Source: Gekko japonicus (taxonomy: Eukaryota). Taken from it: a DNA stretch of 59,807 bases. The position numbers and the translations under genes are program-made. Positions within the stretch are counted from its first letter, which is position 1, and each line of letters starts with the position of its first letter. The notes under the pieces were generated by a model. It did no database searches. It had not been told where the DNA came from and saw only the letters and a list, made by a program, of their open reading frames with translations. The stretch lies in NCBI RefSeq assembly GCF_001447785.1, contig NW_015163195.1:1-59807 (forward strand). The letters run 5' to 3'. Shown here one piece after another: positions 34,815 through 48,029 of this stretch.

Positions 34815-36392
34815 AGGTTTTTGGGTAGAATGGAAGGGAGACCACCAATTCTCCCTCTAAGCTTGTGAGTCTTGTGAGCCAAAAATTCCACTTTGTGAGC
34901 TACGGGCATTAAAGTTGTGAGCAAGCAAGTTGGCTGCTGCATGAATTAGTTTGCCCTGGAGCCCTGCTTCCTGAGCGAAGACAAAAATGTGTGAGCCAGG
35001 GGCTAAAAAACTATGAGCTAGCTCACACTAACTCGGCTTAGAGACAACACTGGAGACCATCAATGTTTCCTCTAAGATAATAAAATATACTATGAACAAA
35101 GGATGACAGTTTGTTTTTTTGCCACTTGGGCAGCTCAAATTAAGGCAACCAAGGTAATGCCTCAATAAAAGAACAACAATACAATGCTATCATCTGCTTG
35201 CAGTGCCAGTTCTTCTTTCCAAAGTAAAGTAAGCAAAACGCCCGACCAGTGAATCCTGTTCCTAGGACATTGCAGGCAAAATGTCAAGAGTAGGGAAGAT
35301 AAGAAAGGGAATTTGACAGAAGGAAGGAGAGGGAGAAGCAGGCACAGAGGGGATTTGACTGACCACGTAAAATATGGAAGATGGCTAAGAAAACACAAAC
35401 AGGCTTTGTCAGTTGTGCAGACCTGTTGTTTAAATGGGGCAAAACACCAGGACCCAAATGTGATCGTGGTGCCGTCCGCCGAACCATTTTCCATCTGGCA
35501 CAGGAATGTGAGCATTGTGTTTTCCAGGGAGATGTGGCGGAGCTCTTTGAAATCTGAGTGGATTGAAATTTAGATATTAGTGTTTAGGGGGATTGTTCAA
35601 TCAGTCTGCATGCACATTGTATCAACTTCATTCTGTATTTTATATCAATACATGCTTCCTGTGTCAATACATAAATAATAATTAGGCGAGTAATCCATGT
35701 ATTTTTTATGGTCACGCATACAGAATACAGACAGAGAGGAAAGCTTGGGAATACAGAGGAAAAATACAGTCTGTAATAGATGCATTAAGCCTGAGATGGC
35801 AAGGAGGCAGTCGAGAGGACATCCCAGACAGGCCGTTGGAGGGGAAGGACTGGAGGGAGAGAGGACGCTCCAAGCTCCTGGTGGGCGTCCTCGGGGGTAG
35901 GTGGTGCCAAAGACCTAGTGAGAGGGCCCGTGCTATGTGGTGGCCAGAGGTCAGAGCCAGTTCTGGGACACTTGCATCCAGGTACTCAGACATGGAGTTT
36001 TGTGGGAGAACTTGGGCCAGTCATAAGAACATAGGAGAAGCCAATGTTGGATCAGGCCAGTGGCCCATCTAGTCCAACACTCTGAATCACACAGTGGCCA
36101 AAAATACCAGGTGCCATCAGGAGGCCCATCAGTGGGGCCAGGACACCAGGAGCCCCTCCCACTGTTTCCCTCCCAAGAAGCACCAAGAATATTTATTTAT
36201 TTATTATTCAGATTTATATCCTGCCCTCCCCAACAGGCTCAGGGCGGCTAACAATAAGGGCACAAAGCCATAAAAAAACAGTTAAAAGCAGAATAAAACA
36301 ATACAAAATTACAATAAAGTGCTGGTGCTCTGAAAGACGCTCTGAATACAGAGCATCCCTTGCCCCAGACATAAGAACATAAGAGAAGCCAA

Positions 36393-36757
36393 AAATATCT
36401 ATGTCCTCATGGGAGTTTTTATGAAAAAATGCAATGAAAATATCAACATGTACTAATTTGAAAGAAAATCGCTATAAGAATGTACAGATGGTATATGACG
36501 TCGAAAAAGATTGCTAATATGAATTGTAATATTTCAAACAAATGTTGGAAATGTAAAAAAGTTGAAGGGTCATTTTACCATATGTGGTGGATTTGTGAGA
36601 AAGCAAAACAATTTTGGACTAATATACATGGGGAGATGGAGAAAATAGTGAAATGTAATTTTAAAAAAGAACCAGAAATACTATTGTTGGGTTTAAAAAT
36701 GGAAGAAGTTAACATGACAAAAAGGACACTAATGTGGTATATGATAACAGCAGCAAG
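36393..36757 (+). mobile_element. L1/Tx1 ORF2 C-terminal CCHC fragment (partial copy at 47143-47272)
   Basis: CWKC....GSFYHMWWIC...FW. Confidence 0.8.
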
Positions 36758-37523
36758 NNNNNNNNNNNNNNNNNNNNNNNNNNNNNNNNNNNNNNNNNNN
36801 NNNNNNNNNNNNNNNNNNNNNNNNNNNNNNNNNNNNNNNNNNNNNNNNNNNNNNNNNNNNNNNNNNNNNNNNNNNNNNNNNNNNNNNNNNNNNNNNNNNN
36901 NNNNNNNNNNNNNNNNNNNNNNNNNNNNNNNNNNNNNNNNNNNNNNNNNNNNNNNNNNNNNNNNNNNNNNNNNNNNNNNNNNNNNNNNNNNNNNNNNNNN
37001 NNNNNNNNNNNNNNNNNNNNNNNNNNNNNNNNNNNNNNNNNNNNNNNNNNNNNNNNNNNNNNNNNNNNNNNNNNNNNNNNNNNNNNNNNNNNNNNNNNNN
37101 NNNNNNNNNNNNNNNNNNNNNNNNTTGAATATAGCAGAGTTAGAGAGTTTGGAGTTAAGAGTGTGAGGAGAATTTGGCAGTTTGACTTCAGTTGAAGGAG
37201 TGTTCGGTTGGAGAAAGACTTCAGTGAAAGGAGTCTAGTGTTGGCAGTTGGTGAGAGAGCTGACAGAAAGTTAGGTTGTTTGCACTTCGTCAGCCAAAAA
37301 AAGTGGAATAAACAGACAATCAGGGCATTCTGAACAGAGTAAAGAGAATTGCCTAAAACTTATATTGTGCTTTATAACCACGGGAATGAGATGGGGTGTA
37401 CCTCTGGAACCAGGCTTCCCTGGCCACGGTGCATGGTCCATAGTCCAGTCTGGGGCACTCCGCTTGGGACCACAGCTCATCTTATTGAAGCAGTCTGCTA
37501 ACTTTAAAACACTGTGAGGTCTA

Positions 37524-38118
37524 GAAGCATTGTGTCCAGATCACGGGAGGTGGTCGTTCCGCTCTATTCTGCTATGGTCAGACCTCACCTGGAGTCCTGT
37601 GTCCAGTTTTGGGCACCACATTTGAGGAAGGATGTTGACAAGCTCGAGCATGTCCAGAAGAGGGCAACCAGGATGGTGAGAGGGTTGGAATCCACGTCTT
37701 ATGAAGAAAGGCTGAAAGAGTTGGGTCTGTTTAGCCTGGGAAAGAGAAGGCTTAGAGGGGACATGATTGCAGTCTTCAAGTATCTGAAGGGCTGTCATGC
37801 AGAAGACGGAGCAGAACTATTCTCTCCTGCTCTGGATTGCAAGATGAGATCTAATGGGTGGGGATGACAAGGGAGTCTATACCGGCTAAGTATCAGGAGA
37901 AACTTCCTGTTAGAGTGGTTGAGCAGTGGAACAGCCTGCCTCGAGAGGTGGTGGAGGCTCCTTCGCTGGACGTTTTCAAGCGGAGGCTGGATGACCCTCT
38001 TTCGGGTATGTTGTAGGTATGTAGGGCTATCTTTCGGCTGTGCTCCTGCAGAGTGCAGGGGGTTGGACTAGATGACCTGCAAGGGCCCTTCCAACTCTAA
38101 CATTCTATGATTCTATGA
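37524..38118 (+). mobile_element. CR1 3' fragment
   Basis: [20 protein letters not shown]; (ATTCTATG)2 tail. Confidence 0.92.
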
Positions 38119-38544
38119 GAGCGACTTTCATATTAGCAGGGATATTGTTAATAGGTGATACATTGCCTGTCCAGCAAGATGAGAAGAACTTGCAGTGAAG
38201 AATGAAGAAAAAGAGAACAAGGGAATGAGTCATGTACCAGCCAGTGACACACGTGGAGTGGTCCCAAACTGATCAGGGATGGAACCTGAAAGGTGGAGTG
38301 GGGGTTGCAAGCGTGGAGTGAGAGAGGAGAAAGAGACTCAGTTCCCCTTAAGTAGCCAGTTTGTGACCTGAGGCAAGAGCCGGGGGATCACTGGTTCCTA
38401 GGAAATGTTAGGGGGGAAAACAAACAATACCTAAAGATGGATAAGACAAAAGAAACGACAGTTGGACAATTTAGGGTTGATGTGCGGCAGGGAGTGATGC
38501 CTCTTGGGGAAGGTGGGAGAGAATGAGGGGGGGAAGGAGGGTGC

Positions 38545-38805
38545 AATCAGTAGTTAAGTGTGCGGACTCCAATTTGGGAGAACCGGGTTTGATTCCCCAC
38601 TCCTCCACGTGCACCTGTCTGGATGACCCTGGGCAAGCCATAGTTCTCTCGGAGCTATTCTTGAAAAAGAGCAGTTTCTGTCAAGAGCTCTCTCTCAGCC
38701 CCACTGTTGTGGGGAGGGGAAGGGAAAGGAGTTTGTAAGCCGCTCCGAGACTCCTTTGGGTAGTGAAGGGCAGGGTATAAATCCAGTCTCTTCTTCTTCT
38801 TCTCT
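38545..38805 (+). mobile_element. Squam3 SINE (same site at 47565-47846)
   Basis: Family match, shared flanks. Confidence 0.8.
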
Positions 38806-39470
38806 TTATTAATGGCCCGGTGCTTGTCAGGAGTGTTCTCTAGATCGGTAGCAGGAAGGCTTAATTGCTTCCTTTGTCTCTAGCTGGGCTACGGTCTTTG
38901 TTTGAGGATGACTGGGGGGGGGGGAGGAATGTGCTGCGTGCTGGAGAGGCGATCCCTCCATGGCGTCTGTGCACCTGGCCTCTTCCAGAACATGGCTCCT
39001 CTCTGGTCTGCTCTTCCTTCGGTGTCCGTGAGGACCAGGGCTTCTGGTCTGCATCACAGGGCTTGTGCAGATACAGTGGAGCATGGGCAGAAGTCTTCTG
39101 CAGTCTGGGGTCCAGATCTGGCTCGGCGTGTACCTCTGGCACCAGGCTTCCCTGGCCATGGTGTACTGTCCATTGTCCAGTCCGGGGCACTCCACTTGGG
39201 ACCACAGCTCTGTCCTCCGTTGCCCTGGCACCCACTTCGCTGTCCAGCAAGGCATTGATATTAAAGTATGATTCTGCGATTCTATGGTGGAATCTGCATT
39301 GGTATTTTCCACTGCTTCGGCTACACTCTTGCTCCGTCTCCAAAGAAGATGTCCACGTATTTTTAGGTTTCGCTCTCCTACTGCACTGTTATAATTATTG
39401 CTGTCTGCATTATTTCATTGCCCTATGGTTTCGGCACCGTCATGATTGTAGCTTCTCTCCGGCTCAAATT

Positions 39471-39722
39471 TTGTTGTTCAGTCGCACAGTCGAGTCCGAC
39501 TCTTCGCGACCCCATGGACCAGATCACACCAGGCCCTCCGGTCTTCTGCCGTCCTCTGAAGTTTGCTCAATTTCATGTTCGTTGCCTCGATAACACTGTC
39601 TAACCATCTCATCCTTTGCCGTCCCCGTCTTCTTTGACCTTCAGTCTTTCCCAGCATCAGGGTCTTCTCCAGTGAGGGCTCCCTTCTCATTGGGTGGCCA
39701 AAGTATTTGAGCTTCAGTTTCA
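39471..39722 (-). mobile_element. Bov-B 3' end
   Basis: KLKYFGH...LEKTLMLGK.EG.RRRGRQRMRWLD; (CAA)n tail. Confidence 0.92.
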
Positions 39723-40486
39723 TTACTGGATGTGCTTAAAAACACTCTAACCCCCCCCCCAAGTGGTAATCGGAGGCTTATCTGCTCTGTTTACTTTCTG
39801 ACAGCACATAGAGGAATGTATGAAACTTTTTCCTTGCTTGACAAGCTAAGAGTGAATGATTTTGTCTTGTTTTGTGATTTTTATATTGCCTGAAAAGTTA
39901 GAGAAAGATCCCTTTTACATACATACATACATACAAACATACAATCTGCAAACTAAACACAGTCTTTACAGGGATTTTTGGCTATTTCTGGCTATTTTGG
40001 CTATTTTTGCTTTCTTCTTTAAACAAAAAGCTGGGAAAACTGAAAGCTGAGAAAATCCTTCTCTTTGAATGTAAAGAGACATTTATAGCTTGTTGGCTGG
40101 TTGCCTTAAGTCATTTATTGCCTTGTGTAAAGCTAATGGGTGCAGGCAAATGCCGGGCGTGCTAGAGAAGAGGGAGGAGAACAACAAAATTCCCGGCCAG
40201 CAAGCGGAAAAAAATAGCAGGTTTTTTTCATACCACTTTGAAAAAAGCATCACACCAGTATAAAGAAAGACGGCATCAAGACTGCTGTAAAAATGAAAAT
40301 GCAGATTCGGCTTATGAGTCTCTTTAATAGTGCCATCTGGAATGGCTTCTGGCCACAACACATGCAATATCCATGTGGAGCACTATTCCAAGAACCCCAC
40401 TTCTCCCGCAGGACTTCAGTGGGCTTCAGGGTTCCCGGAGGCATCCCAAATACTCTTGCCATACCAAGGTGTCTTCCCTCAGCTGA

Positions 40487-40727
40487 GCCAGTTTGGTGTA
40501 GAGAGCCAGTTTGGTGTAGTGTTTAAGTCCACAGACTCTAATCTGGGAGAACCGGCTTTGATTCCCCACTCCTCCACTTGCACCTGGCTGGATGACCTTG
40601 GGCAAGCCGTAGCTCTGATCAGAGCTGTTCTTGAAAAAGGGCAGTTTCTGTCAGAGCTCTCTCAGCCCCACCTACCTCACAGGGTGTCTGTTGTGGGGAG
40701 GGGAAGGGGAAGGAGTTTGTAAGCCGC
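40487..40727 (+). mobile_element. Squam3 SINE just upstream of the OR-4 acceptor
   Basis: Inserted after CCCTCAGCTGA; duplicated head. Confidence 0.8.
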
Positions 40728-41005
40728 NNNNNNNNNNNNNNNNNNNNNNNNNNNNNNNNNNNNNNNNNNNNNNNNNNNNNNNNNNNNNNNNNNNNNNNNN
40801 NNNNNNNNNNNNNNNNNNNNNNNNNNNNNNNNNNNNNNNNNNNNNNNNNNNNNNNNNNNNNNNNNNNNNNNNNNNNNNNNNNNNNNNNNNNNNNNNNNNN
40901 NNNNNNNNNNNNNNNNNNNNNNNNNNNNNNNNNNNNNNNNNNNNNNNNNNNNNNNNNNNNNNNNNNNNNNNNNNNNNNNNNNNNNNNNNNNNNNNNNNNN
41001 NNNNN

Positions 41006-41815
41006 CTCATGATATTTACTCTGATTCAACTGGATTCCAGCCTCCATACACCCATGTATTACTTCCTCAGCCACCTCTCCTTCCTAGATATCTGCATCTC
41101 CTCCACCACAGTCCCCAAGATCCTGGTGAACTTCTTGTGTCAGCGACAGACCATCACCTACAACCAGTGCCTGGCCCAGGTGTTCTTCCTGATGTCTTTC
41201 ACGGGGACAGAGGCTGCGTTGCTGGCCGTCATGGCCTATGACCGCTATGCCGCCATATGCAAGCCTTTGCATTACTCCAGCCTTATGAACACCAAGGTGT
41301 GCGCCATTTTGGCCTTTGCCACCTGGGTCTGGGGCTTCCTAGACGCTGCTCTCCACACAGCTCTCAGCTCCAGGTTGCAGTTTTGCGGAGTCTACCAGAT
41401 TCATCACATTTTCTGTGATATTCCTCCGCTGATGAAAATTGCTTGCAATGATGTGCATATCAATCAACTGGCAAGCCACATAACAAGCCTTTTTGTGGGT
41501 GTGGCCCCCTTCTTGTTCACAATCCTCTCCTACATCTTCATCCTGTCCTCCATCTTGAAGATCCGTTCCACCACTGGCAAGCGCAAAGCCTTTTCCACCT
41601 GTGCGTCTCACATCATTGTTGTCGTAGTTTACTTTGGTAATGGCTCACTTAACTATAACCGTCCACGCACGGGTTATTCCTTAGAGACTGACACCCTGAT
41701 CTCCACCATGTACTGCATCATCACCCCTATGGTCAACCCCCTCATCTACAGCCTCCGGAACAAGGAGGTGAAAGGGGCCTTCAGGAAGGTTCTAGAAAGC
41801 CAGGGAAAGTCGTAA
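41006..41815 (+). CDS. Olfactory receptor OR-4, 5' part in gap, C-terminal tail 7 aa shorter
   Basis: Open from end of TM1; TAA at 41813 replaces AAA; ancestral TAG at 41834-41836. Confidence 0.9.
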   Translation, partial: LMIFTLIQLDSSLHTPMYYFLSHLSFLDICISSTTVPKILVNFLCQRQTITYNQCLAQVFFLMSFTGTEAALLAVMAYDRYAAICKPLHYSSLMNTKVCAILAFATWVWGFLDAALHTALSSRLQFCGVYQIHHIFCDIPPLMKIACNDVHINQLASHITSLFVGVAPFLFTILSYIFILSSILKIRSTTGKRKAFSTCASHIIVVVVYFGNGSLNYNRPRTGYSLETDTLISTMYCIITPMVNPLIYSLRNKEVKGAFRKVLESQGKS

Positions 41816-42337
41816 CATCACCACACTATAAATTAGGGCACCCAGATGTTTTGTAGTGGATCATGTTTCTCTGAGTTGGTTTTTGTGCCAGTTTGGTGTC
41901 GTGGTTAAGTGCGCCGACTCTAATCTGGGAGAACCGGGGTTGATTCCTCACTCCTCCTCCACTTGCACCTGGCTGGATGACCTTGAGCACGCCGTAGTTC
42001 TGGCACAGCTGTTCTTGAAATAGAGCAGTCTCTGTCAGAGCTCTCAGCTCCACCTACCTCCCAGGGTGTCTGTCTGTTGTGGGGTGTGGAAGGGAGAGGA
42101 GTTTGTAAGCCGCTCTGAGACTCCTTTGGGTATTGAAGGGCCAGGGGTACAAATCCAATCTCTTTTTCTTCAAAGCTCCAGGAATTCCCGAGCCAGGAGC
42201 TGGCAACCCTGCCCGGTGTCAGTGCTTCGGCCTGGAACTTGCATCCCTAAGAGAGACCCTCTTGATCAGCTCACTTATGCTGGGAGGGGCCCATAGGCAC
42301 GCTCACTGCAGGACACTGAGCTGAAGGTTCACCTCCA

Positions 42338-43053
42338 GTACAAAAAATCAAAGGCACAGATATAGAATGGGAGGGACTTGGCTGGATAGCATCACATGTG
42401 AAAGGGATCTAGGTGTTCTGGTTGATCACAAGCTAAACATGAGCCAGCAGTGTGATCTATTCTCTCTTGCTCCGGATTGCAAGACTGGATCTGTTGTTGT
42501 TGTTCAATTGTACAGCTGAGTCTGACTCTTTGCAACCCCATGGACCACATCATGCCAGGCCCTCCTGTCTTCCGTCGTTCTCTGGAGTTTGCTTAATTTC
42601 ATGTTCATTGCCTCGATAACACTGTCTAACCATCTCATCCTTTGCCGTCCCCTTCTTCTTTGACCTTCAATCTTTCCCAGCATCAGGGTCTTCGGATGTA
42701 TGATTCCCTGGAGAAGGAAATGGCAACCCACTCCAGTATCTTTGCCAAGAAAACCCCAAGGACAGTAACAAAAAGACTAGATCTAATGGGTGAAAATTAT
42801 AAGGGAGTCAATACCGGCTAAATATTAGGAGAAACTTCCTAAGTGTAAGAGTGGTTGAGCATTGGAACAGACTGCCTCGGGAGGTGGTGGATGATCCTTT
42901 GCTGGATGTTTTCAAGCGGAGGCTGGACGACCCTATTTCGGGTATGATGTAGGTATGTAGGGCTATCTTTTGGCTCTGCTCCTGCAGAGAGCAGGGGGTT
43001 GGACTAGATGACCTGCAAGGTCCCTTCCAACTCTAACATTCTATGATTCTATG
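42338..43053 (+). mobile_element. CR1 3' fragment, internally deleted, with nested Bov-B
   Basis: Homology to 26040-26760; (ATTCTATG)2 tail. Confidence 0.85.
42493..42772 (-). mobile_element. Bov-B insertion with inverted 5' piece
   Basis: TSD AAGACT(G/A)GATCT. Confidence 0.8.
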
Positions 43054-44802
43054 ACCTTGGAAATAAATAATAAAATAAATAATAAAAGTAGTTGGGTTTT
43101 TTTCTTCATCATATATGCATGTTGATGTACAAAGAATCGAGTAAAATGTGTCCTGATGTTTCCTAGTGCAAGTTTTCAAGAATTTTGGGCAGAGCAGGAG
43201 GATAAGAGGGAGTAATGGAGAAGAAGAGGGCAGTCAATGGCTGGAGTGTAACCTCCATGTGCAGAGGCTGCGTAAGTCCAAATGCCACCTGCTCGGGATT
43301 CGTAGTGGAGACTACTGCGACCCTTATGCAGTGTGTTTCTCAAAAACATTTGGTTGGCCGACGACCACTGTAGTGAACGGAATGCTGGACTAGATGGGAC
43401 TGAAGGGAACCTCCATGTTTTCTGAGCCAGTGAACCTCTGAATCCCAGTGCCAGGAGGCAACATCAGGGGAAGGCATCAGCCTCTGTGCCCTGTTGTTGG
43501 TTTGCAGAGGAACTGGAGGTGTGATACAGGATGGTGGACTTGATGGACCACTGGTCTGATCCAACAGGGCTCATTTGCAGATGCCACACCCCCTGACATC
43601 CCCCGGAGTGTGTCAGAAGGCAACACCCACCGCCCAGGCTCCTAGGAGGGGGTGGGTCTAGACAAAGTCATCCCTTTTCCCTGAACCGGGTTAACGGAAC
43701 GCTCTCAATCTGCCTGGATGTGCCATGCGCACGCACCATGCTTTGGGTTCTTCAAGCACAGTGGCTGGGGTTCCTTGTCACAGAGCATTGGCTCCTGCCG
43801 TTTGGTTTCTCTTTGCACTACGCTGCCGAGAAAGTAGCTCGGCTGGTGGGGATGAGCAGAACCCTGACATTTCACAAGGGATCAGTGTGCCGCCTTGTAA
43901 TTCCTTGCATTGCTACATATTTGTCATGCCATAGGTGGTTACATGCAGGGGTCATTTTCTGCAGGAGCGCACAGGAGCGGAGCTCCGGCAGTAAAGAGCC
44001 CAGGGGGCGGGCACATGCAACAAGCCCCACCCCCTGCTCCCAGCAGCCTTCAGTCACAGCAAGAAGCAGCCAGGGAAGCTGCAGAGCCCCCCCCCCCGGC
44101 CCNNNNNNNNNNNNNNNNNNNNNNNNNNNNNNNNNNNNNNNNNNNNNNNNNNNNNNNNNNNNNNNNNNNNNNNNNNNNNNNNNNNNNNNNNNNNNNNNNN
44201 NNNNNNNNNNNNNNNNNNNNNNNNNNNNNNNNNNNNNNNNNNNNNNNNNNNNNNNNNNNNNNNNNNNNNNNNNNNNNNNNNNNNNNNNNNNNNNNNNNNN
44301 NNNNNNCATCCCCCGGAGTGTGTCAGAAGGCAACACCCACCGCCCAGGCTCCACTGGACTGTTTTGGATTGCTAGCTATTGGGGGGGGGACATGCAAATC
44401 TCCCTCTGTGAGGAGGGAGAGCTTGTACCTGAAAAAACCTTGGTCTTAAAGGTGCCACTGGACTGTTTTGGACCAGGGGACGGGGGGGGCCTCTGCAACT
44501 TACCTGGCTTCTTCTTGCTCTGACTGAGGGCTGCCGAGAGCAGGGGGTGGGGCTTGTTGCATGTTCCCACCCCCTGGGCTCTTTACTGCCGGAGCTCCGC
44601 TCCTGTGCGCTCCTGCAGGAAATGACGCCTGGATAGCCGTGACCTCTTTGTCCCTCTGGTTCTATTGCACCCTCTGAATTCTGCAAGTTCATTCTAAGAG
44701 ACCTTGCATGGGCCATTACTTCCAACAAAAATAACCCTATGGAAAGGGAACTCAAAGGGGGAACGCTGTTCTCTCTTACATTTTCAATAGGTAAGCCCTT
44801 AT

Positions 44803-45560
44803 TGTTGAAACACCACAGATTCTCTGGCATTAATCTGACAGGGGCAGGAGTGACACAACAGGAAATGTGCACATCTTTGCACGTAGCTGCCATCTTGGAT
44901 CCATGCAAGGTTGGCTGGAGAGAAAAGCCCATTCTCTGCAACACTCGTTAAAAGGGATTCTTCCATTGGCCGGTCTGAATTCCTGTCAGAAGGTCAGCTG
45001 GCAATTCAGAAGCCCCAAATACAATCCACATCCTAACTTTTACTTGGACCAGCCAAATGGCACAGAATGGAAATTCAGGCCAGGGAGTCGCTTGGGCAAG
45101 AAAGCGTAGGCCAAAACCAGTAATCCAACCCACAGCCTGTTAACATGTTCTGGATATGCCTCTGGGTATAAAATATACTTCTCTCCCCCGACATTGTGAG
45201 ACGCAATCCAGACAAAATCCTCTGAGCTTCCAGCCACCACACTGCACTCCCTGTGGGCTTCCGACCCAGGAGCATCTCCGAGGACCGTAGCCCAAGAGCA
45301 GGGTTCTGCCCCCTCCCCCAAGGCAGCCTCGGTTTTGTATACCTCTGGCTGCTCTAGCGCATCAGAGACTTCCCACTGGCAGCAGAGAGAGCCTTTTGAG
45401 GCCACACGTCTTGGGGCTACCATGCAGCCACATCATGAAGACTTTGGGACAAACTGCTCTCATCTCACAAACAGGATGAACAGGAACCGAAAGCCAGGAG
45501 GAGGAGGAGGAGGAGGAGGAAGCCGACCTTGACTTGTGTCATCCATGTGCAAAGGTGAGC
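44803..45560 (+). promoter_or_regulatory. Candidate promoter and leader exon of OR-5
   Basis: TATAAAA at 45167; donor CAAAG|GTGAGC at 45554/45555. Confidence 0.6.
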
Positions 45561-48029
45561 AGCTTTTTGGGGCCAGCATATTTCCAGGTGCCGTGCAATC
45601 CCCCCCTCAACATGATGGCAGAAAAAGAGGTGGTGGAAGCCACTTCAGGTGAGCCTGACTGAGCTACGGTTTGTTCAGATTTAAGAACTGTTCCGTAGAA
45701 TGGAAGGGAGGCCACCAATGCACCCTCCTTCCCCCTCCCTTTCTCTCCCACCTTCCCCAAGAGTTGGAGTCTGTGAGCCAAAAATTCCACTTTGTGAGCT
45801 ACGGGCATTAAAGTTGTGAGTGAGCAATTTGGCTACTGCATCAATTAGTGTGCTCTGGAGCCACCCTTCGCGAGCCGAGATGAAAATGTGTGAGCCAGAG
45901 GCTAAAAAAACCCTATGAGCTAGCTCACACTAACTCGGCTTGGAGACAACACTGGAGACCACCAATGTTTCCTCTAAGATAATAAAATATACCGTGAACA
46001 AAGGAGGACAGTTTGTGTTTTTGCCACTTGGGCAGCTCAAATTAAGGCAACCAAGGTAATGCCTCAATAAAAGAACAACAATACAATGCTATCATTTGCT
46101 TGTAGTGCCAGTTCTGCTTTCCAAAGTAAAGTAAGCAAAACGCCCTACCAGTGAATCCTGTTCCAAGGACATTGCAGGCAAAATATCAATAGGGGGAAGA
46201 TAAGAAAGGGAATTTGACAGAAGGAAGGAGAGGGAGAAGCAGGCACAGAGGGGATTTGACTGGCCACGTAAAGTATGGAAGATGGCTAAGATGGGGCAAA
46301 ACACCAGGACCCAAATGTCATCGTGGTGCCGTCCGCCGAACCATTTTCCATCTGGCACAGGAATGTGAGCATTGTGCTTTCCAGGGAGATGTGGCGGAGC
46401 TCTTTGAACTCTCCCCAGCTGCGATTGAGTGGATTGAAAATTGAGATATTAGTATTTAGGGGGATTGTTCAATCAGTCTGCATGCCCATTGCATCGCCTT
46501 CATTCTGTATTTTATATCAATACATGCTTCCTGTGTCAATAAATAAATAATAATTAGGTGAGTAATCCATGTCTTTTTTATGGTCACGCATACAGAATAC
46601 ACACAGAGAGGAGAGCTTGGGAAGACAAAGGAAAAATACAGTCTGTAATAGATGCATTAAGCCTGAGATGGCAAGGAGGCAGTCGAGAGGACATCCCAGA
46701 CAGGCAGTTCGAGGGGAAGGACTGGAGGGAGAGAGGACGCTCCAAGCTCCTGGTGGGCGTCCTCGGGGGTAGGTGGTGCTGAAGACCTAATGAGAGGGCC
46801 CGTGCTATGTGGTGGCCGGAGGTCAGAGCCAGTTCTGGGACACTTGCATCCAGGTACTCAGACATGGAGTTTTGTGGGAGAACTTGGGCCAGTCATAAGA
46901 ACATAAGAGAAGCCAATGTTGGATCAGGCCAATGGCCCATCTAGTCCAACACTCGGTGTCACACAGTGGCCAAAAACACCAGGTGCCATCAAGAGGTCCA
47001 GCAGTGGGGCCAGGACACCAGAAGCCCTCCCACTGTTGCCCCCCCAAGAAGCACCAAGAATACAGAGCATCCCTTGTCCCAGACATAAGGACATAAGAGA
47101 AGCCAGAAATATTTATTTATTATTTACACTTATTATTTACAAATATCTATGTCCTCATGGGAGTTTTTATGGAAAAATGCAATGAAAATATCAACATGTA
47201 CTAATTTGAAAGAAAATTGCTATAAGATGATGTACAGATGGTATATGACGCCAAAAAAGATTGCTAATATGAAAGTTTGTGTCAGAGTTCTCTCAGCCCC
47301 ACTGTCCTTTTATCAGGGTGTCTGTGGCGGGGAGGGGAAGGGAAAGGAGTCTGTAAGCCGCTCTGGGACTCCAAGTGAAGGGTGGGGTATAAATCCAATC
47401 TCTTCTCTTCTTCTTCATCCCCTTAAGTAGCCAATTTGCGGCGTGAGGCAAGAGCCGGGCAGTCACTGTTTCCTAGGAAATGTTAGGGAAAATGTTAGGG
47501 GGAAAAACAAACAATACCTAAGGATGGATAAGACAAAAGAAACGACAGTTGGAAGGAGGGTGCAATCAGTGGTTAAGTGCGTGGACTCTAATCTGGGAGA
47601 GAGAACCGAGTTTGATTCCCCACTCCTCCTCTTGCACCTGGCTGGATGACCTTGGGCAAGCCACAATTCTGATAAGAGCTGTCCTTGAAAAAAGAGCAGT
47701 CTCTGTCAAGAGCTCTCTCAGCCCCACCCACCTCACAGGGTGTCTGTTGTGGGGAGGGGAAGGGAAAGGAGTTTGTAAGCCACTCTGAGACACCTTTGGG
47801 TAGTGAAGGGCGGAATATAAATCCAATCTCTTCTTCTTCTCTTCTTTAATGGCTCAGTGCTTGTCAGGAGCATTCTCTAGATCGGTGGCAGGAAGGCTTA
47901 ATTGCTTCTTTTGTCTCTAGCTGGGCTACGGTCTTTGTTTGAGGATGACTGGGGGGGGGGAGGAATGTGCTGCATGCTGGAGAGGCGATCCCTTCATGGC
48001 GTCTGTACACCTGGCCTCTTCCAAAACAT

